DNA of 64,000 nucleotides. Origin: Candidatus Binatia bacterium (GTDB taxonomy: Bacteria > Desulfobacterota > Binatia > Bin18). The notes under the pieces were generated by a model. That model saw nothing but the letters and a program-made list of their open reading frames with translations, ran no database searches and was not told the DNA's origin. Shown here in pieces: positions 45,312-53,742 of the stretch. Every line of letters begins with the position of its first letter. Positions within the stretch are counted from its first letter, which is position 1. Location: assembly GCA_963664395.2 (NCBI GenBank), contig OY761159.2, positions 640,001-704,000 on the forward strand, given 5' to 3'. A program made the position numbers and the translations under genes.

Positions 45312-47660
45312 ATGGCCACTAAGCTCATATCTCCGCAAGATATCTGTCAAAGAAACAACTCAAAATTCACCTTCGACCGGCTTGGGCAAGCTCGGCGTCT
45401 CCTGCTGGCGCTCGCGTGCACCGTCCTGCTGGGGCTACTGATTCTGGGCTTCAAACTCCGCACAGGCCCGGTGAGGCTACCTGCGGAAATGCCGCCTCTG
45501 GAGGCCAGCGGGCCCAAAGCATAACATGTACTGAGACCAGTGCGGCTGTGGCGGGGAATCGGGGTCCCGGCTTGAACTGGGCCGAGGACGTACCACCCTG
45601 AGGGTCTAAGGATGCGCTGAGCCGGCACCTGCGATCCTAAAGGATACTCCAATATGGACCGTGGGCGAGACGGCGATCCGCAATCGGGGACACCAGCGCG
45701 GGTGACCGAGGCTGGGGAAACCGGCTACCAATGACCGGGACCATCCCCTGTCTCACCTGGAGGCGGGGGCACCCAGGACCAACACGGCAACACCCCAGCA
45801 CAAGCAACCCCACTCACTCGGCATTTCTTTACCTCGCTGGGGACACCGCGCCGGGTCCCGTGATTGTCCCATTCCCTCACAACGAGACCGTCTTTTCGAC
45901 GGGGTCCATGCCGGGTTTACCTGGCCTCCTTCCCCCCGGCCAACCAACTGCCGGCATATCCTCCGTTGCACTTGGAGATCTCGAAGCGGCAAAGAAGAAC
46001 CGTGTCAAAGAAATTGGGAACCTGGCAACCTGGAATACCTGGTGCAGTACGCCCTGCTGGGTCTCTAGCCTCGACAGACCGCTCTGCTGAATTGGGAGCA
46101 ACTTGAGACACTACCAGTGCCGGCCGTCATTCCATCCCTGCTGCAACAAGTTTGGGCTGTTGCTGGAACCGCCTGCAAACTGGCGCCCTCCAACCGGCGA
46201 CGTTGGGCAAGCCCTCCGCCTCCCTCGCGTGCACCACCTGGGGATCCCCACGACTGATTCTGGGCAGGCCCGGTTCTACGATAGCCCAAAGCATAACATG
46301 TACTGAGACCAGTGCGGCTGTGGAGAATAGGGGTCCCGGCTTGGCTGAGGACTGTACCACCCTGCTGGGTCTTAAGGATGCGCTGAGGGGCACGGCGATC
46401 CTAAATTGGGCGGATACTCTCAATATGGACTCGTGGGACGGCATCACGGTATCGGGGACACCAGCGCGGGTGACCGAGTTGTCCCTTTCCGGCTACCAAC
46501 TGACCGGGACCATCCCCTCTGCATTGGGTGACCTGAGCAACCTGGAGTACCTCGCCTTGACTACAACCAACTGACCGGGTCCATCCCCCCTGCGTTAGGC
46601 AACCTGAGCAACTTGGAGCAGCTCTCCTTCTCCAACAATCAACTGACCGGCGCCATCCCCACTCAACTGGGCGACCTCACCAACCTGACGTCTCTCGACC
46701 TCAGTAGGAACCAACTAACCGGCTCCATCCCCACCACGTTGGGCAGCCTGACCAACCTGACGTCTCTCGACCTCCACAGTAACCAACTGACCGGCACTAT
46801 CCCCACCACGTTGGGCAACCTCACCAACCTGACGTGGCTCTACCTCTCCGCCAACCAACTGACCGGCACCATCCCCACCACGTTGGGCAACCTCACCAAC
46901 CTGACGTGGCTCAACCTCGGTCACAACCAACTGACCGGCCCCATCACGACATTGGGCACCCTCACCAACCTGACGCATCTCCACCTCTCCGGCAACCAAC
47001 TGACCGGACCATCCCCTCACGACATTGGGCACCCTCACCAACCTGAGGTATCTCTCCCTCTACGACAACCAACTGACCGGAACCATCCCCTCTGAGTTGG
47101 GCAACCTCACCAACCTGGAGAGTCTCAACCTCGACGGCAACCAACTGACCGGCGCCATCCCCGTCTGAGTTGGGTGACCCTCAGCCACTTGGGCACTCAA
47201 CCTCGGTAACAACCAACTGACCGGCTCCATCCCCTCGGCGTTGGGTGACCTCACCAACCTGACGTATCTCTACCTCTCCAACAACCAACTGACCGGCGCC
47301 ATCCCCGACATTGGGCAACCTCACCAACCTGGTATCTCTACCTCGCCAACCTCCCCGCTGAATTGGGCACCAACTTGCGGGAACTCACCCTCTCCGACAA
47401 CCAACTGACCGGCACCATCCCCGTTGAGTTGGGCGACCTCACCAACCTATCGAGGCTCGGCCTCGGCGGTAACCAATTGACCGGGTCTATCCCTGTGGCG
47501 TTGGGCAACCTGAGCAACTTGAGAGCACTCAACCTCGGCGGCAACCAATTGACCGGCACCATCCCTGTGGCGTTGGGCAACCTGCAGCAACCTGTGGCGG
47601 CTCGACTCTCTTCAACAATCAACTGGAGGGCACCCTTCCGTCCGCATTGCGCAGAGTGAA
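45312..47660 (+). pseudogene. Disrupted 5' half of a large secreted LRR protein (signal peptide, Cys cap, about 16 plant-type 24-aa LRRs)
   Basis: Signal-like RRLLLALACTVLLGLLILG; cap DCTTLLGLKD..LNW..SWDGITV; repeats LxxLxLxxNQLTGxIPxxLGxLTN broken by many indels. Confidence 0.8.
46480..47645 (+). repeat. Tandem about 72-bp LRR-coding repeat array
   Basis: AACCAACTGACCGG-like anchor recurs about every 69-73 bp, about 16 times. Confidence 0.9.
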
Positions 47661-50600
47661 AGTGCTGCGGCTTGGAGGGAACCTGAGTACCTTCGGGTTA
47701 CCGCTCTCCCTCACTATCACCACCACCGCAGATACCCTCACCCCCGAGTTTGCGACCTTTGATGCCGAGACCGACCCGTGTGGCACCGTCGTAGACCTTG
47801 CCCAATTCCCGGCCAATCCGACCCTGCGCGAAGCCTTGATCTATGCCAACGACCCCTCCGTCTCGAAACCCATCACCATTACCTTTGCGCCGTACTTACG
47901 CGGCCAGACCATCTCGCTCACCGACTCGTTGCCGTCTCTGTGTGGCGGTGACATTACTCTGGACGGGAATCTGTATTCCGCCTCGAACATCGTGAGTTTC
48001 TTCTGGCGCTATGTCGGGCCAAATGCGCATGTCACGCTCGACAGCACCGGAGTGCCTGCCGACCTTGAGGTGCTGACCATCAGGTCTGCCGATAACACCA
48101 TTAAGAGTCTCTCAGGCTCACCAATGTTCCTGACCGGAATCCTCGTCTGGCACACGGAGTCCTTTGGGGAGACGGTGACCGGCAACGAAGTTTTCGGCAA
48201 TACGATTATCGGCGGACAGCACGGCATTCTTGTTCAGGCCGGCTCCACGGACGAAGCCGGGACACTCTCTAACACGCGCATACACCGCAATTTCGTCTCA
48301 GAAACTACCGCTGCCGGTATCGGCGTCTTTACTATGTCTGCGGACTCCAGGATTACCGACACTATCGTGGAGTGGAATCGTGTCTTCGAGAACAGCGGGT
48401 CTGGCATTACGGCTTATTCGTCTGCCGCCAACACCACGCTCGTAGACAGCATCACCAAGCTCAAGATTCAGGACAACACCATCCGAGACCATGAGTTCGG
48501 CAGTGGGATCAGCATTGCGAGCGGGACCTGCGAGGGCAGCTACAACCGGATGCAGGCCGAGATCACAAACAATACTCTGGACCGCAATGGCCAGGAGAAT
48601 CCTCTCTTCCCGGCCATTGCCGCCGGCGGTGGGACTGTTCCTCTCTCTTGCTCGGTGGGTGCGACCGCTACGCATAATCACCTGGACGTGACCATTACCG
48701 ACAACAGCGTGGAGGATACGGACTCTATCGGTATCTCGGTCTACGGGGGCTTTCAGAACAGCGACCACAATACGGTCACTGCCAGGGTGGAGCGGAATGC
48801 GGTCTGGCGGAGCAGGGTAGCCGGTATCGGCGTGAGCGGCGGCGCGACGGATTCCGACCACAACACCGTGACCGCCACCCTGAATGACAATCTCATCGCC
48901 AGGAAGGAAGCACCTGCCTCCGGGACAGCCGAACATGGGCTGGCGCTTGTCGCCGCGTCCGCCATCCCATCCGGGTCAACCTCAAGCAATAATACAGTGA
49001 CGGTCAGCGGCCGGGGCAACGCGATCGCTATCAAGCGGAACGCCTCGGACACCATGTACGATCTTTTCCGGCAAGAGGGCAATGACACTACCGCCGGGCG
49101 GACGGGCAACATGCTGATGGATGATGCCCTGACGGGTACGAGCTTCGCGAGCCAGGGCGGCGATGCCTTCACCGTGAAGCCGAAGCCGGAGCCACCCGCC
49201 CCGGTCACCATCCCCGATACCCACCCTGAAGTCACCGACTTCACCGTCACTCCGGTGTCTGAAGAGGAACAGCCCTCGACCACGCAGTCTACCGCGGGCA
49301 ACACGGTCTTCGACGTCACGGTGGAGGATGAGGATGGTGAGCCTGTCGAAGGCCCCCTCACCGAGCCTGTGCAGGTGTGTCTGCCCATCCCCCAAGGTGT
49401 GAGTTCTAGTCAAGCCTATATCTTCCGTTACAACGAGGACACCGAAACGTGGTCACGGCAGACGGCTGGAAGGGTCATCACAGACGGTTTTGTTTGCGTC
49501 AATGTGTCGCAGTTCTCACTCTTTACGGTCGGGAGCTATCGCCGTTCCTCCGGCGGCGGCGGTGGAGGGGGCGGTGGTGGGGGTGGTGGCAGCCGTGACC
49601 AGCACGGCAACACCCCGGCACAAGCAACCCCAGTCTCACTCGGCGCGGTCGCGCCCTGGATGGCATCCACCGCCGGACAGATCAACTCGGCGGACGATAT
49701 CGATTATTTCCAGATCACCGTGCCCCATGCCGGGGTGTTGGTGGTCGAGACCACCGGACGAACCGATACCATGGGCACGGTCTGGCAGGACGGCGAGGAA
49801 CTGGCCACCGCGGACAGCGGGGGTGAGCGGCAGAACTTTCTGCTCAGCGTCCAGGTGGAGGCCGGGCCGCTGGTGGTAGCCGTGGAGGGGCGACGCACCG
49901 GGGCGTACTCCCTGGAGACGCACCTACTGGTCGGGTTCTTGGGGAACCCCGAGACCGGGTCCTTTCAGAGTGGCATCAATGTGCTCTCGGGCTGGCTCTG
50001 CGATGCCGATATAGTGGAGATTGTGTTGGATGATCGTCCCGCGCAGGTGGCGGCGTATGGGACGGAACGACTTGATACGGAAGAAATCTGTGGGGACAGT
50101 GACAATGGGTTTGGGCTGCTGTTCAACTGGAACCTGCTGGAGGATGGAGAACACACGGCACGGGCCTTGGCCGATGGGGTCGAGTTTGGACAGGCGATCT
50201 TTACGGTCACGACCTTGGGTGAGGAGTTTGTCCGGGGCGTGGAAGGTGAGACGATGGTCCAGGACTTTCCGAGTCCGGGGAAGGCAGTGCGGCTAGTGTG
50301 GCAGCAGGGCTTGCAGAACTTTATGCTCGCCCCGCTGGACGGCAGCCCCGCCGAGAGTCCGGCCGGCCCCGAGGATGGTCCCATGGGCGTGTTGGAGAAC
50401 CCTGGGCCGAGGTCGTGGCAGAGCGGCATTGGCGTGCTGTCGGGCTGGGTGTGTGAGGCCGATATGGTAGAAGTCGTGCTAGATGATCGACCCGCGCAAC
50501 TCGCCGCCTATGGAACGGAGCGGGCGGACACCGAAGCGGTGTGTGGGGACACAGACAATGGCTTCGGGTTGTTGTTCAACTGGAACCTGCTAGACGATGG

Positions 50601-50796
50601 GGTACATACGGTACGGGCGTTGGCGGACGGGGAGGAGTTTGGACGAGCGACGTTTACTGTGACCACGTTAGATGAGGAGTTTCTCCGGGGTGCGGAAGGG
50701 GAGGTGACGGCGCAGGACTTTCCGAGTCCGGGCGAGACGGTGCGGCTGCGTTGGCAGGAGTCAAATCAGAACTTCGTGATTACGAATTGGGAATGA
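47647..50796 (+). CDS. 3' part of the large surface protein: parallel beta-helix region, Pro/Thr linker, poly-Gly, PPC-like domain, twin C-terminal domain
   Basis: TLREALIYAN, repeated N.....GI beta-helix turns, G13 linker, DIDYF.I PPC-like motif, two copies of NP...QSGI.VLSGW.C...FGLLFNWNLL. No credible own start; likely continues the LRR frame. Confidence 0.75.
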   Translation: MRRVKVLRLGGNLSTFGLPLSLTITTTADTLTPEFATFDAETDPCGTVVDLAQFPANPTLREALIYANDPSVSKPITITFAPYLRGQTISLTDSLPSLCGGDITLDGNLYSASNIVSFFWRYVGPNAHVTLDSTGVPADLEVLTIRSADNTIKSLSGSPMFLTGILVWHTESFGETVTGNEVFGNTIIGGQHGILVQAGSTDEAGTLSNTRIHRNFVSETTAAGIGVFTMSADSRITDTIVEWNRVFENSGSGITAYSSAANTTLVDSITKLKIQDNTIRDHEFGSGISIASGTCEGSYNRMQAEITNNTLDRNGQENPLFPAIAAGGGTVPLSCSVGATATHNHLDVTITDNSVEDTDSIGISVYGGFQNSDHNTVTARVERNAVWRSRVAGIGVSGGATDSDHNTVTATLNDNLIARKEAPASGTAEHGLALVAASAIPSGSTSSNNTVTVSGRGNAIAIKRNASDTMYDLFRQEGNDTTAGRTGNMLMDDALTGTSFASQGGDAFTVKPKPEPPAPVTIPDTHPEVTDFTVTPVSEEEQPSTTQSTAGNTVFDVTVEDEDGEPVEGPLTEPVQVCLPIPQGVSSSQAYIFRYNEDTETWSRQTAGRVITDGFVCVNVSQFSLFTVGSYRRSSGGGGGGGGGGGGGSRDQHGNTPAQATPVSLGAVAPWMASTAGQINSADDIDYFQITVPHAGVLVVETTGRTDTMGTVWQDGEELATADSGGERQNFLLSVQVEAGPLVVAVEGRRTGAYSLETHLLVGFLGNPETGSFQSGINVLSGWLCDADIVEIVLDDRPAQVAAYGTERLDTEEICGDSDNGFGLLFNWNLLEDGEHTARALADGVEFGQAIFTVTTLGEEFVRGVEGETMVQDFPSPGKAVRLVWQQGLQNFMLAPLDGSPAESPAGPEDGPMGVLENPGPRSWQSGIGVLSGWVCEADMVEVVLDDRPAQLAAYGTERADTEAVCGDTDNGFGLLFNWNLLDDGVHTVRALADGEEFGRATFTVTTLDEEFLRGAEGEVTAQDFPSPGETVRLRWQESNQNFVITNWE

Positions 50797-50850
50797 AGGG
50801 TTTCCGAAAGGGGTACTTCCTTATTCAGCAGCAGGTGAGTGGGCCCATGC

Positions 50851-51795
50851 TTACGGCCCCTCACTTTTCTTCTCCTGCTCTGTGCCTTTGTCCCCTTCCT
50901 GTGTGTAATAGCTAATCGTCCGATAGACCGCCTCGGCGGGTTCGAGGTAACCCCCGTCAGCGTTCGGAATCCACTCCGCAGTGACCTGTTTTACCCAATT
51001 CCCGTGGGCATCATACTCGTAGGTATAGACTTCTTTTTTCTGAACAGCGCCCTCCGTGTCAGACGCTACCCATTCCCGTTCGTTCCCGTGCTCGTCATAG
51101 GCGTATGCCCAGCGGGACGTCAGCGCCCCGCTTCGTCCGTGGGTGATTACGGTTTGTATTCTCCCATCGGCGTCATACACATAGGTATTGCTTGAGATCG
51201 GAGAGCCATCGGCGTCGGACAATGCCCGTTCGGCGACCCGGCCTTCCCCATCGTAGATAAAGCTGGCTCGATGTAAAAAGGTCCCGTCCGGGTCGTGGTG
51301 ATCGATGTGCGCCGGCTGCCCGTCTTCGGTGTACGTATAGACATCTCGAAACCAGAGATCGCCATCCACGTCAGTACTCACCGCCTGTGTCAGACGGCCC
51401 ACCTCATCATAGGTATGGCTGGTCTGCCGCCAGAGCGCCCCCTGGGAGTTATACAGATGTTCGGCGCTCAGCCTGTTCGCCCGGTTATAACTGCGGACGG
51501 CGCGGACCATCACTGCTCCGTCAGGCACGTACTCTATCCTTTCGGTGAGTGCTCCGTTCGTCCCATAACTGGCGATTGCCGTGAGTACGCGTTCGTCCTC
51601 AATCCACGTGTCCGGCTCCCCAGGCGGGTTCACAAACAACGTCTTTTCTGTCTTCACGCTGTGGACAGCTCCAACCAGCGTACCGCCTGCCCGGTTTTCC
51701 TTTGCCCCCATAGCCGCAATGATATCGGCTCGTGCGGGGGGGAGAGAGAGACAGACAGACAGGAAGAGAACGAGGTAGCGCACGTTCGGCATCAT
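50851..51795 (-). CDS. Secreted YD/RHS-repeat protein without toxin domain
   Basis: Signal peptide ending PARA-D; repeats YDEVGR, YDGEGR, YDADGR, YDEHGN, YEYDAHGNWVK; ends RTISYY. Confidence 0.75.
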   Translation of the reverse strand: MMPNVRYLVLFLSVCLSLPPARADIIAAMGAKENRAGGTLVGAVHSVKTEKTLFVNPPGEPDTWIEDERVLTAIASYGTNGALTERIEYVPDGAVMVRAVRSYNRANRLSAEHLYNSQGALWRQTSHTYDEVGRLTQAVSTDVDGDLWFRDVYTYTEDGQPAHIDHHDPDGTFLHRASFIYDGEGRVAERALSDADGSPISSNTYVYDADGRIQTVITHGRSGALTSRWAYAYDEHGNEREWVASDTEGAVQKKEVYTYEYDAHGNWVKQVTAEWIPNADGGYLEPAEAVYRTISYYTQEGDKGTEQEKKSEGP

Positions 51796-51862
51796 AGCCC
51801 TTCTTATTGTTCCTTGACACGTCCTGCTACGCAGAATAATCCCCTTACAGGAGGAGAATACT

Positions 51863-52651
51863 ATGCGAGACAATGCACTCAAAAAATCACTCAAGGCCGG
51901 GGACTTTGCGCTGGGGACGCTGGTGTGGGATATCAAAAGCCGTGGGGCGATCCATACGCTGGCTCAGGCCGGTATGGACTATATCATGATCTGCACGGAG
52001 CATTCGGCCTACAATCTTGAAACGGTCGTTGATCTCTGCACCTATGCCCATGCGGCCGGTATGACCCCGGTGGTCCGCATCCCTGACCTTGCCTATGAGC
52101 ACGTAACGCGCCTGCTCGATAGCGGTTGTCAGAGTCTGATTGTGCCGCATGTCAAAACCGGGGCCGAGGTGCAACGCTTCATCGAGCTGGCCAAATACCA
52201 TCCCCAAGGAAAACGGGGGACGGCCATCTATCTGGGAGCGAATACCGAATATGAAGACGTTGAGACACACACGGCAATGAGTCATGCCAATGCCAACACC
52301 TTGCTCGGCGTAATCATCGAAACCAGAGAAGCCGTGGAGAACATGGACGAGATTCTGATTCCCGGCATCGACCTCTGCCTGGTCGGCTATCAGGACCTGG
52401 CCCAGAGTCTCGGCACGCCGGGCCAATTCAACAATCCTGAGCTGCTCGAAGCGACCGCCCAGGTGAATGCGTTGTGTAAAGAGCGTGGCATCGCCACGGC
52501 GGCGGCAGTGACCCAACTCGATAATGTTCAGGCTATTGTTGACAGCGGTGCGCAATATCTGTTGTACGGCACCGACCTGATCCTGCTGCGGCGAGAGGCG
52601 CAGCGCGCCGCCGAGGCCCTTGCCCCATTTCGGAAAGGCCGGGCACACTAG
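51863..52651 (+). CDS. HpcH/HpaI aldolase/citrate lyase family protein
   Basis: EHS, VVRIP, LLDSG...IVPHV, KYHPQGKRG, IIET.EAVEN, DLAQSLG. Confidence 0.88.
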   Translation: MRDNALKKSLKAGDFALGTLVWDIKSRGAIHTLAQAGMDYIMICTEHSAYNLETVVDLCTYAHAAGMTPVVRIPDLAYEHVTRLLDSGCQSLIVPHVKTGAEVQRFIELAKYHPQGKRGTAIYLGANTEYEDVETHTAMSHANANTLLGVIIETREAVENMDEILIPGIDLCLVGYQDLAQSLGTPGQFNNPELLEATAQVNALCKERGIATAAAVTQLDNVQAIVDSGAQYLLYGTDLILLRREAQRAAEALAPFRKGRAH

Positions 52652-52652
52652 A

Positions 52653-52677
52653 CGGGTTTCCTCTTTACGGAAACCCG
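52653..52677. terminator. Hairpin after the aldolase gene
   Basis: CGGGTTTCC/GGAAACCCG 9-bp stem; no clear U-tract. Confidence 0.4.
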
Positions 52678-52747
52678 GAATGTAGGATACACACGACAGG
52701 AAGTTGAGAGGCGTTCCGTCGTTCGTCAGCGTCAAAAGGAGGTCAGC

Positions 52748-53188
52748 ATGAAGTTCGGTATTTTTTATGAGCTATCCGTTCCCCGGCCCTGGGACGCAGA
52801 GGCCGAGCGCAGCGTCTATATGAATGCGCTGGAGCAAGTCCGCCTGGCCGACGAACTCGGCTTTGAACAGGTCTGGGCGGTGGAGCATCACTTCCTGGAA
52901 GAATACTCCCACTGTTCGTCCCCCGAACTTTTTCTGACCGCGTGCGCCATGCAGACCAAGCAGATCAATGTCGGCCACAGCATCGTCATTTGTGTGCCGG
53001 AATTCAACCACCCGATTCGGATTGCCGAACGCGCCGCGGTGTTGGATATTTTATCCGGCGGACGGCTGCATTACACAACCCCGATTGTTGCGACCATGAC
53101 AAAGTGTGATACCGACCTGCCCCAACTCCGCTTCGCGCTTGATCCCTCCGTACCCGCCGCCCAAGGCAGCCGGAGACTCGCGGCCTAA
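52748..53188 (+). pseudogene. Truncated LLM-class flavin-dependent oxidoreductase
   Basis: MKFGIFYE..ADELGF..VWAVEHHF.EEYSH..HPIRIAERAAVLDILSGGR, then an unrelated tail; about a third of the usual length. Confidence 0.8.
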
Positions 53189-53200
53189 AGGAGGCGCTTC

Positions 53201-53677
53201 ATGTCTGATGTCATATTCAAGGTCTCGGGACAGTCGGAATCACCCGCTCGCCTGGCAGTTCAGGTCAGAGGGTTCGAGTTGATCGTTGATGAGCCGCCGG
53301 GTCTCGGCGGGGATGACGAAGGACCGAATCCGGTTGAGTATATCCTGGCCGGGTTGGCCGGCTGCCTCAATGTGATGGGGCATATTATTGCCAAAGAAAT
53401 GGGCTTTACTATTCGGTCCCTGACCATCGAGGCGTCCGGTCCGCTGAACCCAGGGAAATTACTCGGCAAACAGACCGATGACCGGGCTGGATACAAAAAT
53501 ATTGACGTCACGCTCAATGTTGATGCCGATGTGGACCAAGCTACCCTGGACCAATGGCTGGCGACCATAGAGACGCGCTGTCCGGTCTCGGACAATCTGA
53601 TGAACCTCACCCCGGTGGCGCTCCGGGCGCAGTCAGCCGTGCAGTCGGAACATGGCACGCAAGCCCCCTCACCCTAG
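53201..53677 (+). CDS. OsmC family protein
   Basis: DEPP.LGG.D.GPNPVE..L..LAGC and RCPVSD; AAGGAGG RBS. Confidence 0.9.
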   Translation: MSDVIFKVSGQSESPARLAVQVRGFELIVDEPPGLGGDDEGPNPVEYILAGLAGCLNVMGHIIAKEMGFTIRSLTIEASGPLNPGKLLGKQTDDRAGYKNIDVTLNVDADVDQATLDQWLATIETRCPVSDNLMNLTPVALRAQSAVQSEHGTQAPSP

Positions 53678-53702
53678 CCCTCTCCCGCCAGGGGAGAGGG
53701 AA
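53664..53702. repeat. REP-like palindrome (CCCTCACCC..CCCTCTCCC..GGGAGAGGG family), copy 1
   Basis: Stem CCCTCTCCC/GGGAGAGGG; supplies the osmC stop codon; related copy at 61105. Confidence 0.75.
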
Positions 53703-53714
53703 CACAAGTGGGGC

Positions 53715-53742
53715 CGGACAGCCACAGGGGGCTTGCCCCTAC
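53715..53742 (-). repeat. GTAG-type REP element
   Basis: Minus strand GTAGGGGCAAGCCCCCTGTGGCTGTCCG; the TAG of GTAG is the sppA stop. Confidence 0.65.

Noticed and set aside
45312-50796. Diversity-generating retroelement explaining the duplicated or variable segments
   Set aside because: No reverse transcriptase in the window; differences between copies are indel-rich and not adenine-specific
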